DNA of 64,000 nucleotides from Planctomycetota bacterium (GCA_038060895.1 JBBTCT010000031.1:1-64000), one strand, 5' to 3'. Shown: positions 1 through 9,816, counted from the stretch's first letter. The notes: generated from the sequence alone by a model not told the origin. Numbers and translations: made by a program.

Positions 1-97
1 CCCCCCCCCCCCCCCCCCCCCCCCTTGCCCGAGCCCGCCGTCCCTCATCCCCTGCCGTTTTCCCCGCAGCCATGCCGTATCATGTTCTGCAGCCTCG

Positions 98-1639
98 ATG
101 AAACTCCGAACCAAAGTCTTCGCCTGGGTCCTCCTGACGATGGGCTTCGTTTTCGCCCTCCTCACGGTGAACCTCCTTCTCGAAGAAAAGCGCCGCGAGG
201 ACGCCCACCAGGCCAATATCGCCCGCTTCGTGACGCTCATGACCCAGGACCTCGTCAGCGCCCTGTCGCCCTTCACCTCGCGCGAAGAGCAGATCCAGGA
301 GCTCGAGCAGCGCCTCAGCCGCATTCAGATCTTCAGGGACTGGCACCTCTTCGACGCCGCCGGCAACCAGCTCCGCAAGGGAGGTGAGCAGCCGCCCGAC
401 ATCGCGAAGGACGCCGTCCTCAAGGACTCGCACTGGGCACAGGCGGCCCAGCACGACCAGACGACGGTTTCGCAGGGCGTGTTCTGGACGCGGGTCGAGT
501 ACGCGCTCGAGGGGACGCGCGAACTTCCCCAGGTCGCCCCCACCGAGTACCTCGTCCTCCGCGCCCGGATCCAGGAAAGCGCCGCCAGCGGGGACACCGT
601 CTGGGACTCGTTCCGCAAGGTCCTTCTGCTCATGCTCCTCGGGACCGGCCTCCTGACCCTCACGATGACCATCGTCCTCGAACGCCTCGTCGTGAAGCCC
701 CTCGAAATGCTGGCCCGCGCTTCCGAACGCCTCTCCCTCGGCGACTACGGATCCCCTGTTCCCGACCCCGGCACGCAGGACGAGATCGGCGACTTGCTGC
801 GGACGTTCAATTTCATGCAGCAGCGGCTGAAGGACTATCACGAGACGCTGGAAGCGCGCGTTTCCGAAGCGACCAACAAGGTCAAGGGCGCGGAACGGCG
901 GCTCATCGTCGCGCAACGCCTGTCCGCCACCGGCACCCTGGCGGCCGGCATCGCCCACGAAATCAACAACCCGCTGGGCGGCATGCTCAACGCCGCGCGC
1001 GCCCTCAAGCGCGAGGGGCTCGCCGCCCCGAAGCGCGAGCAGTACCTCGACCTCATCATCGAGTCGCTTCTGCGGATCCAGGACACCGTGAAAAAGGTCC
1101 TCCAGTTCTCGCCCCGCAAGGTCAACCCGCAGGCCGCTTCACTGAGGGAAATCCTCGACCGCGCGATCGGCCTGGCGCAGTACAAGCTCGACAAGAAGCG
1201 GGTCAAGCTGGTTCACGAGGCGCCGGACCGGCTCCCGAACGTCTTCTGCGACCCGAGCGAGCTGGTGCAGATCTTCCTGAACCTGATCCTGAACGCGATC
1301 GACGCGACGGAGGGCGAGAAGGGTCAGATCCGGGTGCACTACCAGGGGATCGAGGGCGAGGTCGCGGCCTGCATCACGGACAACGGGTGCGGCATGACGG
1401 AGGCGGAGCTGGCGCAGGCGTTTGACCTGTTCTACACGACGAAGGGCGCGGAGGGGACGGGGCTCGGCCTGTCGGTCGTCTACAACATCGTCCAGAACCA
1501 CGGGGGCCGCATCGACGTCACGAGCCAGAAGAACATCGGGACGACCTTCACGGTGACGCTGCCAGTGCACCGGGAGGACCAGCTCGCGCCGCCGGCGGCG
1601 ATTCCTTCCGTGGCGACGGAGAATTCGCAGCGCGCGTGA
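98..1639 (+). CDS. HAMP-domain membrane sensor histidine kinase
   Basis: Two TM segments, HAMP (KPLEMLARASERLSLGDY...DEIGDL), H-box AHEINNPL, N-box QIFLNLILNA, G-boxes DNGCGM and GTGLGL. Confidence 0.93.
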   Translation: MKLRTKVFAWVLLTMGFVFALLTVNLLLEEKRREDAHQANIARFVTLMTQDLVSALSPFTSREEQIQELEQRLSRIQIFRDWHLFDAAGNQLRKGGEQPPDIAKDAVLKDSHWAQAAQHDQTTVSQGVFWTRVEYALEGTRELPQVAPTEYLVLRARIQESAASGDTVWDSFRKVLLLMLLGTGLLTLTMTIVLERLVVKPLEMLARASERLSLGDYGSPVPDPGTQDEIGDLLRTFNFMQQRLKDYHETLEARVSEATNKVKGAERRLIVAQRLSATGTLAAGIAHEINNPLGGMLNAARALKREGLAAPKREQYLDLIIESLLRIQDTVKKVLQFSPRKVNPQAASLREILDRAIGLAQYKLDKKRVKLVHEAPDRLPNVFCDPSELVQIFLNLILNAIDATEGEKGQIRVHYQGIEGEVAACITDNGCGMTEAELAQAFDLFYTTKGAEGTGLGLSVVYNIVQNHGGRIDVTSQKNIGTTFTVTLPVHREDQLAPPAAIPSVATENSQRA

Positions 1640-1646
1640 CGCGTGC

Positions 1647-1798
1647 AGGGCAGGGGGTAGGGGGTAGTCGGTAGGGGGTAGGAAAGACCATGGATAGTGG
1701 AGCCGTTCCTACCTCCTACCAACTACCCCCTACGCACTGCCTTCCGGCCCACCCTTCCCTACCACTAACACACTTCAGCCCGCCCCACCCACCGCCCG
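1647..1798. repeat. Intergenic fold-back of GGGGTAG-type heptamer repeats
   Basis: 1657-1684 is the reverse complement of 1706-1733 (28 bp, 2 mismatches); degenerate C-rich units continue to ~1798. Confidence 0.85.
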
Positions 1799-1881
1799 AT
1801 AATGATGGGAATGCCGGGGGGGCTTGGCTACCCGGCCAAAGCGCGGTAAACTACCGGGTCTCACCTCGAAGATCGAACACC

Positions 1882-2316
1882 ATGCCAGAGCTGGAAGAAC
1901 TGCAAACTGAGTGGGAGAAAGGTCGCCTGTCCGCGATCGTCCGGGATCTCGTCGAGTTCGTGCGGAATCACCGCTCCGACATCCTGGATTACCGTGAAGC
2001 GCACCTGAAGAAGCTTCGCGGGGCGCGGGTCACGGACGACTTGGCGATCCGGCTGTACATCCTGCAGGTGCGCTCCATCTCGCCGCAGGGCGAAATCCGC
2101 GACCAGCTGAAGGAAATCGAGCAGGAAGTCTGGTATCGCGGGGAGCGCGGCGAGGGGCAGACCGACCGCCAGCAGATCGCGCGCGAGTGGTGCATGCGGC
2201 ACGCACCGGGCTGGCGCGACCACCGGGTGATGGCGATCGTCTTCGTGCTGGAGAAGATCAAGGACCAGCTGCTGGCGATCCTGCACGGGGAAAACGGCAC
2301 CCGACTGGCCCAGTGA
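1882..2316 (+). CDS. Hypothetical protein, DUF4032-like C-terminal motif
   Basis: ATG 1882 within ORF 1690-2316; motif EIEQEVWYRGE...AREWCMRHAPGWR; stop overlaps murQ start (GTGA). Confidence 0.7.
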   Translation: MPELEELQTEWEKGRLSAIVRDLVEFVRNHRSDILDYREAHLKKLRGARVTDDLAIRLYILQVRSISPQGEIRDQLKEIEQEVWYRGERGEGQTDRQQIAREWCMRHAPGWRDHRVMAIVFVLEKIKDQLLAILHGENGTRLAQ

Positions 2317-3182
2317 GCAACGACAGGCGCTTCTCCTCCCTCCCCACCGAGGCGGTCCGCCGCTCCTTCCCTCCCCTGGAATCCGGGGTGCAGGCAGTCC
2401 GGGCGCTGGCGAGGTCGGCATCAGAAGCGGCGATGGCCGTCGGGCGCGTGGCGGGCTCCGTTGATCGCGCTGCAAGTCTTGTTGCGGCAGCGCTTTGTGA
2501 CTACCGAAAGCTGCTCTTCCTCGGCGCTGGAACAAGCGGACGGCTGGCCGTCCTCGAAGCAACCGAGCTGTGGCCGACATTCCGTGTGAAAGCAGAAGCT
2601 GCGATCGCGGGCGGACACCGGGCCCTTGTTCGCTCGGTCGAGGGCGCCGAGGATGACGCTTCCGCAGGCGCACGGGCCGCTTCACGTCTCCGCCGCGGCG
2701 ACGTCGCCATCGGCGTCACCGCCAGCGGCGTCACCCCGTACGTGGACGGCGCCCTCCGGAAGGCCCGCAGCCGGGGCGCCGCCACAATCCTCGTCACGTG
2801 CAACCCCCGTACATCCATCCGCGCCCGCGTCGTCGTCGCACTCGCGACCGGCGCCGAACCCCTCGCCGGCTCGACCCGCATGAACGCCGGCACGGCCACC
2901 AAGATCGCCCTCAACGCCATCACTACCACCGCCGCGGCCAAGGCCGGCAAGACCTGGCGCAACCGCATGGTCGACGTCCTCGCCACGAACGCCAAGCTGC
3001 GCGACCGTGCGAAGCGCCTCGTGGTCGAGCTGGGAGAAGTGGCGCCGGCCCGCGCGGCCGCCATCCTGCGGGAGACGGCGAGCGCGAAGGAAGGGATCGT
3101 CATGGCGCGGCTCGGCTGCGGCGTCGTGGAAGCCCGAAAGCGGCTGAAGCGGGGCTCGATCGAAGCGGCTCTCCAGCCATGA
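2313..3182 (+). CDS. murQ: N-acetylmuramic acid 6-phosphate etherase
   Basis: GAGTSGRL, VEGAED, GSTRMNAGTATK, NRMVDVLATNAKL; adjacent to anmK. Confidence 0.9.
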   Translation: MSNDRRFSSLPTEAVRRSFPPLESGVQAVRALARSASEAAMAVGRVAGSVDRAASLVAAALCDYRKLLFLGAGTSGRLAVLEATELWPTFRVKAEAAIAGGHRALVRSVEGAEDDASAGARAASRLRRGDVAIGVTASGVTPYVDGALRKARSRGAATILVTCNPRTSIRARVVVALATGAEPLAGSTRMNAGTATKIALNAITTTAAAKAGKTWRNRMVDVLATNAKLRDRAKRLVVELGEVAPARAAAILRETASAKEGIVMARLGCGVVEARKRLKRGSIEAALQP

Positions 3183-4207
3183 GATTCCTCGGCCTCATGT
3201 CCGGCACATCCTGCGACGGCCTCTCCATGGCCCTCGTCGATGCCGGGCGCGGCCGGCCGCGCGTCCTCGAGCATGCCTCGGTCGCCTGGCCGGCGAAGTT
3301 CCGGCGGCGGCTTCTGGCGCTTCCCGGCGCAACGGCGGCGGAAATCTGCGAAGCCAACATGGCGATCGGAGAAGCGTTCGGGAAAGCCGCGCGTGGACTC
3401 GCGAAAAAGGCCGATGTCATCGGATCGCATGGCCAGACGGTGTGGCATGTGCCGGGCAAAGCCTCGCTCCAGGTCGGCGAGCCCTCCGTCATCGCCGCCC
3501 TCACGGGAAAGCCCGTCGTCGCCGATTTCCGCCCCGCGGACATCGCTGCGGGCGGGCAGGGGGCGCCGCTCGTGCCCTTCGCCGACCGCCTTTTCTTCGC
3601 CAACCCGAAACACGACGTCGCCGTCCTCAACATCGGCGGCATCGCCAACGTCACCTGGCTCGGCCGCGACGGCCGCGTCGCCGCCTTCGACACCGGCCCC
3701 GGTAACTGCCTCCTCGACGCCGCCGCCCGCCGCTTCATTAAGAAACCGTACGACCGCGACGGCGCGACCGCCCGCAAGGGCAAGGTGGACTTCCACCTCC
3801 TGGAGAAGTGGCTGGCGCACCCGTGGTTTGAAGTGCAGCCGCCGAAATCGACGGGCCGCGAACTCTTCAGCGACGACTGGGTGCCGGCGCACGGCAAGGC
3901 CGCCGACATCCTCGCCACCCTCACCTGCCTCACCTCGATGACCCTCGCTTCCCAGACCCTCGCCTGCGGCCGCCCCGCGGAAATCCTCGTCGGCGGCGGC
4001 GGATGGCGGAATCGCTTTCTCATCGAAGGTCTCGAGACGCTGTTCGGCGTCCTGCTCCGCCCGACCGACGACCACGGAGTCAACTCGGACGCCCGCGAGG
4101 CCGCAGCGTTCGCGCTGCTGGCGTGGGCGTTCGTGAAGCGGATCCCGGCGAACATCGCGACGGGCGGAAGGCCGGCGGTGCTGGGACGGCTGTCGCTTCC
4201 GTCCTAG
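3179..4207 (+). CDS. anmK: Anhydro-N-acetylmuramic acid kinase
   Basis: GLMSGTSCDG, GSHGQT, DFRPADIAAGGQGAPL, NIGGIAN, FDTGPGN, PKSTGRELF. Confidence 0.95.
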   Translation: MRFLGLMSGTSCDGLSMALVDAGRGRPRVLEHASVAWPAKFRRRLLALPGATAAEICEANMAIGEAFGKAARGLAKKADVIGSHGQTVWHVPGKASLQVGEPSVIAALTGKPVVADFRPADIAAGGQGAPLVPFADRLFFANPKHDVAVLNIGGIANVTWLGRDGRVAAFDTGPGNCLLDAAARRFIKKPYDRDGATARKGKVDFHLLEKWLAHPWFEVQPPKSTGRELFSDDWVPAHGKAADILATLTCLTSMTLASQTLACGRPAEILVGGGGWRNRFLIEGLETLFGVLLRPTDDHGVNSDAREAAAFALLAWAFVKRIPANIATGGRPAVLGRLSLPS

Positions 4208-4272
4208 GCGCGTAGAGGGAGAACGGGTCGTGATCGCGCTGGCAGCGGGGTTCGACCCCCGTCGCCCTCGTT

Positions 4273-4300
4273 CCGCCTACGCTCCTGCGGAGCTACGGCG
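4273..4300. repeat. REP-like short palindrome
   Basis: CCGCCTACGCTCC-TGC-GGAGCTACGGCG imperfect hairpin between convergent anmK and KilA-N genes. Confidence 0.5.
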
Positions 4301-4310
4301 AGCGATGTCA

Positions 4311-5153
4311 CTACTTTTCCCCCTTTTTGCCCTGCAAGCGCCGGAGCGCGGCCTGCCCAAACGCAAGGGTCTCCATTTGGCGGATGGCAATGGCGTTAAG
4401 CCGCTTGAGCCGGTCGCCCTGCGGCAGTTCCATGTGGATGAACTCGGCGTTCATGCCTTCGATGTTGGCGAGCACGAGGAGCTGCTCAATGGAGGCATGG
4501 TCGCGCATGTTGCCGTCGAGATCCGGGTTGGCGTCGCGCCATTGTTTCGCGGTCCGGCCGAACAGGGCGACGTTGAGGAGATCCGCCTCGCTGGCGTAGG
4601 TGATGGCGGCCTGCGCGGGCGTGACCTCGGGCGGGATAAGGTGAGACTTCACCGCGTCCGTGTGAATACGGTAGTTCAACTTGGACAGGGTGCGGTTGAG
4701 ATCCCAGGCAAGCGAGAGGCGGCGGTTCTCGTCGGCCTTGAGGCGCTGGAATTCCTTGATGAGGTAGATCTTGAACTCCGGACTGATCCACATGCCGAAC
4801 TCAAAGGCGATGTCCCTGTGCGCAAAGGTGCCTCCATACCGGCCCGCGCTGGCCTTCAAGCCGATCGCGTTGGTCTGATCCACCCATTCTTTCACGCTGA
4901 CCTTGTAACGATTCAGGCCCACCTGGCTTCTAATTGTGGCGAAACCGCCATAGTTAAAGACGGGATTGTGCACCGTTTCCCAGATGCCGAGGAACTCGAC
5001 CGTGTTCCGATTTCGCAGCCAGTCGGAGATGAAGAAGTCGCCATCCTTGGCCTTGAGCATGTCGGTCAGCGAAATGTAGTCCGCGTCCCCGGTCGTCAAA
5101 ATCGTGACGGCCGTACCCTGAACGTCGATCGTGGTTTTCCTGGGCTTGGTCAT
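4311..5153 (-). CDS. KilA-N domain DNA-binding protein
   Basis: DYISLTDM, WLRNRNTVEFLGIWE, GRYGGTFAHRDIAFEFGMWISPEFKIYLIKEFQRLK; lower GC than flanks. Confidence 0.9.
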   Translation of the reverse strand: MTKPRKTTIDVQGTAVTILTTGDADYISLTDMLKAKDGDFFISDWLRNRNTVEFLGIWETVHNPVFNYGGFATIRSQVGLNRYKVSVKEWVDQTNAIGLKASAGRYGGTFAHRDIAFEFGMWISPEFKIYLIKEFQRLKADENRRLSLAWDLNRTLSKLNYRIHTDAVKSHLIPPEVTPAQAAITYASEADLLNVALFGRTAKQWRDANPDLDGNMRDHASIEQLLVLANIEGMNAEFIHMELPQGDRLKRLNAIAIRQMETLAFGQAALRRLQGKKGEK

Positions 5154-5504
5154 GCCGAAAAAGCCTCGCTGCACCGTCGAGTATCCGGGATGCCAGAGTT
5201 CTGATTCCGCACGATGCCGAATGGGCGCCCCGTTTACAACCCCCTGAACCCCTCGTCGGACCGGACCCCGAAGCCGACTTATCTGCCTGAGCCTGGTCCA
5301 CCTTCGCGCTTTGCCCTGCAGCAGAGTGGAAGGCGATGGCGGAGGAATCGCCTAGGCCGTTCGAGTTCGATATCGCCATTGCCTCAGCTCTCCGTGTTTC
5401 CGCGTTGCTGACGGCACCGCGAGCGGTTTCGAAGTTCCTGTTCGCAAGTGCAGTCAACGGAGAACAGGCGGAAACCTCTCCGCCAAGGACTAGAATCACG
5501 CTGC

Positions 5505-6233
5505 ATGACATCGGAGTTCGAGCTTGTTCTGGCCGCCGAGGATCTGGACGACCTTCTAGCTGCGGCTGGACGCGTTCCGGAATTGAGCGAGTCGGACCAG
5601 CAAGCCGCGCGAGCGATCGTTACTTCCTGGTCTCCGCTCCAGGCCCTGGCGAATCTGCTGTTCCATCCTCGGCTCATCCCTGAGGACTCTCGACTACCTG
5701 CAATTTTTCGAGCCCTCGATCAGAGTCCACCGGACTACTTCACGCTTGCGGCAGCGGTCGGGGTGCAGTCGATGCGGCCAACCGGACACTCGCCGCTCGT
5801 CCGACAGCATGTTGCGGAGACTCTCTCCAGGTTGACGATGCACGCTGCCGACGTGATCGCCGCCCGCGCCGAGTACACGCTGGAGAATTTCCTCGAACCC
5901 TCAAGGCTTGAGGATGCGATCCTCCTGCTCCGAACGCCCTGCGAAACGGCGAGGCACAACCTCGTTGCGTGGCTCGCACGGGCGACAAAATCGCGCGGGC
6001 GCGAAGTCGTCGCGGCCGTAGAGGCATCGAAAGACATCGGTTTTCGCCTTCGGTGGAGCGTTTCCCGAAAGCTCCATGCCCATTTGAGTCGTCCAAAGAA
6101 GGGATTTCAGAGCCAGGAGATGCCCCTGCTCACCTACATCCCCAACCTCAATGAGGCCTGCGTTCCGGGATGCGCTCCTAGGCTGAGTCCGTCGCGACGG
6201 CTACCAGATGCTCCCTGGTGGAAGTTCTGGTAG
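5505..6233 (+). CDS. Hypothetical protein with C-terminal PWWKFW motif
   Basis: ORF 5448-6233, likely ATG 5505; helical content, atypical codon usage. Confidence 0.65.
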   Translation: MTSEFELVLAAEDLDDLLAAAGRVPELSESDQQAARAIVTSWSPLQALANLLFHPRLIPEDSRLPAIFRALDQSPPDYFTLAAAVGVQSMRPTGHSPLVRQHVAETLSRLTMHAADVIAARAEYTLENFLEPSRLEDAILLLRTPCETARHNLVAWLARATKSRGREVVAAVEASKDIGFRLRWSVSRKLHAHLSRPKKGFQSQEMPLLTYIPNLNEACVPGCAPRLSPSRRLPDAPWWKFW

Positions 6234-6304
6234 CTGCGTCGGCCCCACACTCCGCTCGAAGCGCACCACCAGCCTCGCGATTTCGCTGGTCGGGGCGGTG
6301 CGGC

Positions 6305-6326
6305 GCGAGCGAAGCGAGTCGAACGG
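6305..6326 (-). repeat. REP-like element, second copy at 46864-46885
   Basis: Reverse complement CCGTTCGACTCGCTTCGCTCGC matches CCCTTCGACTCGCTTCGCCCGC at 20/22 positions. Confidence 0.7.
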
Positions 6327-6396
6327 CCGATCTTGAGCGAGGCTGATCGACCCGCAGCCTTCGGTCGCTCGCTCACGCTGGACGAGCCGAAGGAGT

Positions 6397-8022
6397 TTAC
6401 ACCCACCCCTCCACAAACCTGAACACCGCGCCGTCGAACAGCCCCTTGTCGCTCAGCTTCAGCTGCGGAATCACCAGCAGCGCCAGGAACGACAGCGTCA
6501 TGAACGGCGCACGCAGCGTGACGCCGGCGGCTTTCGTCGCGCGGTCTATGTCCTGATACTTCGCGGCGACGGTTTCGCCGGAGTCGGGGCTCATGAGGCC
6601 GGCGATGGGAAGCGGCAGGACGCGGACGCCGCTCGCGTCGGCGTAGGCGACGCCGCCTTTGGCCTCGACGAGGGCGTTCACGGCGCGGGCGAGTGACGCG
6701 TCGTCGGCGCCGACGGCGACGATGTTGTGCGAGTCGTGGGCGACGGTGGAAGCGAGCGCGCCGGTCTTCAGCCCGAACCCCTTCACGAACGCGACCGCGG
6801 GCGGCGCGTCGGCGTAGCGGTTCACGACGGAGATCTTGAGAAGGTCGCGCGAAGGGTCGGCGACGGCCGCGCCGCTTTCGACCTTCGGCGCGAGGTGCTC
6901 TTCCTTCGTGATGATCTCGCCGTCGATCGCGACGATCGCGCGGATCTTCCCGGGCTTCGCCGCCACGCGGAAATCCGCCGGCTTCTTCGGCCCGCACCGG
7001 AACGCGTTCACGATCGCGGCGGGTTTCGTGTCGAAGAGCGTGAGGCCGCCGTCGGCGACGCAGCGGCCGTCGATCCAGGTGCGCAGGACGCGGAAGTCCT
7101 TGAGGTCCGCGACCTCGATGAAGTCGGCGGGGTCGCCCGGCTTGAGCAGCCCGACAGGGAGACCGTAGTGCCGCACGGGATTCACGCACGCCGCGACCAG
7201 CACGTTCCACAGCGGCACGCCTTTCGCCACCGCGCGCCCGACGAGACGGTCGATGTGCCCCGCGACGAGGTCGTCGGGGTGCTTGTCGTCGCTGCAGAGC
7301 ATGCACTGGTCGGGGTGTTCCTTGAGAAGCGGCCACAGCGCTTCGAAGTTGCGTGCGGCGCTTCCCTCGCGAATCAGGACTTTCATGCCGAGGCGGACCT
7401 TGCCGAGGCCTTCCTCGTACGAGAAGCACTCGTGGTCGGTCGAGATGCCGGCCGCCGCATACTTCGCGGCCTGTCCGCCCATGAGCCCGGGCGCGTGGCC
7501 GTCCACCGGTTTTCCGAGCGCGCGCGCGGCGGCGATCTTCGCGGCGACCTCGGCGTCGCCGAAAAGCACGCCGGGCCAGTTCATCATCTCGGAGAGGTAG
7601 CGGATTTCAGGCATCTCGAGGAGGGCGCGGACGCCCTTCGAATCGATGGAAGCGCCGGCTGTCTCGAAGGTCGTCGCGGGGACGCAGGAGGGCGCGCCGA
7701 AGTTGAACTTAAGCGGCACGGTGCGCCCGTTCTCGATCATGTACCTCACGCCATCGGCGCCGAGGACGTTGGCGATTTCGTGGGGGTCGGAAACGGTGGC
7801 GACCGTGCCAAAGCGGACCGCAAGGCGGGCGAACTCGGAAGGCACGAGCATCGAGCTCTCGACGTGGACGTGGGCGTCGATGAAGCCGGGCAGGATGAAG
7901 CGTTGCGGGGCCTGGGGGTAGGGCGAGATCGCGGCGATTCGGCCGTCTTCGATGGAAACCGCGGAGGGCGTGATCGTGCGCGAGGTGGGATCGACAAGCT
8001 GGCCAGCGATCGTGAAGTGCAT
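6397..8022 (-). CDS. ade: Adenine deaminase
   Basis: PGFIDAHVHVESSM, DPHEIANV, DGHAPG, TDHEC, REGSAARN, STVAHDSHN, PLPIAGLMS. Confidence 0.95.
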   Translation of the reverse strand: MHFTIAGQLVDPTSRTITPSAVSIEDGRIAAISPYPQAPQRFILPGFIDAHVHVESSMLVPSEFARLAVRFGTVATVSDPHEIANVLGADGVRYMIENGRTVPLKFNFGAPSCVPATTFETAGASIDSKGVRALLEMPEIRYLSEMMNWPGVLFGDAEVAAKIAAARALGKPVDGHAPGLMGGQAAKYAAAGISTDHECFSYEEGLGKVRLGMKVLIREGSAARNFEALWPLLKEHPDQCMLCSDDKHPDDLVAGHIDRLVGRAVAKGVPLWNVLVAACVNPVRHYGLPVGLLKPGDPADFIEVADLKDFRVLRTWIDGRCVADGGLTLFDTKPAAIVNAFRCGPKKPADFRVAAKPGKIRAIVAIDGEIITKEEHLAPKVESGAAVADPSRDLLKISVVNRYADAPPAVAFVKGFGLKTGALASTVAHDSHNIVAVGADDASLARAVNALVEAKGGVAYADASGVRVLPLPIAGLMSPDSGETVAAKYQDIDRATKAAGVTLRAPFMTLSFLALLVIPQLKLSDKGLFDGAVFRFVEGWV

Positions 8023-8028
8023 GAGGGG

Positions 8029-8037
8029 AGATTAGCA
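8029..8037 (-). promoter_or_regulatory. Extended -10 (TGCTAATCT) 6 nt before ade ATG, leaderless type
   Basis: Minus strand TGC-TAATCT-CCCCTC-ATG, no SD. Confidence 0.6.
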
Positions 8038-8252
8038 GAGAGAGCGGGAAACGACAGGGGATCGGGTGAAGGCGGGAACTACAACTTCAAAACCGCGAAC
8101 TCTCAAGCAAACGAATAACTTCAAGACGGCAAATTAAAGGAGCCCCTCCCGTTCGAGGTTCGCATCTTGAAGTTGCCGTTTGCTTGAGAGTTCGCGGTTT
8201 TGAAGTTGTAGTTCCCCGTCGCACCCTTTCCCCTGCCGATTTCCGCTTGCAG

Positions 8253-8261
8253 TGCTAATCT
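8253..8261 (+). promoter_or_regulatory. Extended -10 (TGCTAATCT) 7 nt before nagZ GTG, leaderless type
   Basis: TGC-TAATCT-CCCGGTC-GTG, no SD. Confidence 0.6.
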
Positions 8262-8268
8262 CCCGGTC

Positions 8269-9810
8269 GTGCCCCCCCCGAAACCCACCGGCCTCTCCCT
8301 CCGCCAGAAGATCGCGCAGCTCATCTTCATCGCAGCTTCCGGTTCCCCTTCCCGCCCCCGCGAAGGCGCCGAATTTGACACAGTGCGTCAATTGCTCGAC
8401 GACGGCGAGTTCGGCGGGCTGATCGTGTTCGGCGGGTCGATCTACGAGACCCCGATGCAGATCAACACGCTGCAGCGCTTCTCGAAACTGCCGCTGCTGG
8501 TCACCGCCGACCTCGAACGCGGCGCTGGACAGCAGGTCCAGGGCGCGACCGACCTGCCGCCGCCGATGGCCATCGGCGCCACCGGCTCCGAGGTGCACGC
8601 GAACTTCGCTGGGAAAGTCACGGCGCTGGAAGCGAAGACCTTCGGGATCCACTGGGTCTTCGCGCCCGTGATGGACGTCAACACGGAGCCGCGCAACCCG
8701 ATCATCAACACGCGGGCGTTCTCCGACTCGCCGGCGCTGGTCTCGAAGCTGGGCGTCGCGTTCTCGAGGGGAATGCAGTCGGCCGGCGTGTCGGCGTGTG
8801 CCAAGCACTTCCCCGGCCACGGCGCGACGCCGCTCGACTCGCACGTCGTCCTTCCGACCGTGGACCACGACCGCGCGCGGCTCGACCGCGAGGCGCTTCC
8901 CCCGTTCGTGGCCGCCGCGAAAGCCGGCGTCGATTCCGTCATGGTCGGGCACATCACGCTCCCCGCACTCGACCCCAAACTCCCCGCTTCGCTGTCGCCG
9001 GCGACGATGCGCGTTTTGCGCGAGGAGATCGGCTTCAAGGGGCTCATCGTGACGGACGCGCTGATGATGGGCGCGCTGTCCACGTTCGGGTCGCCGGCCG
9101 CGCTCGCCCTCGCTGCCGGCGCGGACGTCCTGCTCTACCCGGAGGACCCGATGGCGGCGCTGGCGGATTGCCTCGAAGCGGTCGAGTCCGGGAAGATCCC
9201 GGAGTCGCGCGTCCACGAAGCGCTTGAGCGCGTCCTCGCCCTCAAGGATCGCCGGCGCCTTTTCGACGAGCGGACGATCTCTCCCGAAGCGATGGAGTCG
9301 ATCCCCGCGCACGAGTACCACGCCCGGGCCGCGGAGCAAATCGCGTTCGACGCGCTGGCGTGGGCGCGCAAGGGGGAGGGCGCGATTTTCGAAAAGGGGC
9401 GCAAGCTGTCGGTCCTGATCCTGCGCGATGACGATTTCGCCGCAGGCCCCGACCCTTTCCTGGCGGCGCTGCGCGAGCGGGCCCCGGTGGAGTTCGCTTC
9501 GGCGAAGCCGGGAGAGCCGCTGCCGGAAGTGCCGAAGGGGGATGCGCTGGTCATCGCGGTGTATGCGCGGGTCCGGGCGTGGAAGGGACGGGTGGGGCTG
9601 CACGAAGAACTGGAGAAGTACTGCGGGAAGATCGCGGGCGGCCGGCGGGCGACCGCGGTGAGCTTCGGGAACCCCTACTTCGCGAACCAGATTCCGGCGT
9701 CGAGCTTCCTGTGCGCCTGGAGCGATTCGCCCGCGGCGCAGCGCGGGGCGGCGATGGCGCTGTTCGGGGAGTTACCGGCGGCCGGACGCGTGCCTGTTCG
9801 GCTGTCGTGA
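8269..9810 (+). CDS. nagZ: GH3 beta-N-acetylhexosaminidase
   Basis: ADLERG, NPIINTRAFS, KHFPGHGATPLDSH, GLIVTDALMM; C-terminal GH3 domain SFGNPY. Confidence 0.88.
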   Translation: MPPPKPTGLSLRQKIAQLIFIAASGSPSRPREGAEFDTVRQLLDDGEFGGLIVFGGSIYETPMQINTLQRFSKLPLLVTADLERGAGQQVQGATDLPPPMAIGATGSEVHANFAGKVTALEAKTFGIHWVFAPVMDVNTEPRNPIINTRAFSDSPALVSKLGVAFSRGMQSAGVSACAKHFPGHGATPLDSHVVLPTVDHDRARLDREALPPFVAAAKAGVDSVMVGHITLPALDPKLPASLSPATMRVLREEIGFKGLIVTDALMMGALSTFGSPAALALAAGADVLLYPEDPMAALADCLEAVESGKIPESRVHEALERVLALKDRRRLFDERTISPEAMESIPAHEYHARAAEQIAFDALAWARKGEGAIFEKGRKLSVLILRDDDFAAGPDPFLAALRERAPVEFASAKPGEPLPEVPKGDALVIAVYARVRAWKGRVGLHEELEKYCGKIAGGRRATAVSFGNPYFANQIPASSFLCAWSDSPAAQRGAAMALFGELPAAGRVPVRLS

Positions 9811-9816
9811 GGCGAA

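Larger units (their letters stand above)
8023..8268. repeat. Long imperfect palindrome filling the ade/nagZ divergent spacer
   Basis: Perfect 40 bp inverted repeat 8074-8113/8177-8216; similarity extends outward to TGCTAATCTCCC at both ends (8026-8037 minus, 8253-8264 plus). Confidence 0.9.

Noticed and set aside
1-24. Poly-C run at window start
   Set aside because: Probably a contig-end or sequencing artefact; the ORF 25-387 next to it is not credible
4215-4269. tRNA-like GGGGTTCGACCCCCG arm at the islet edge
   Set aside because: Too short, no D or anticodon arm and no CCA; better read as a simple hairpin
4954-5511. 185 aa minus-strand ORF extending upstream of KilA-N
   Set aside because: Overlaps KilA-N in another frame and has no recognisable motif
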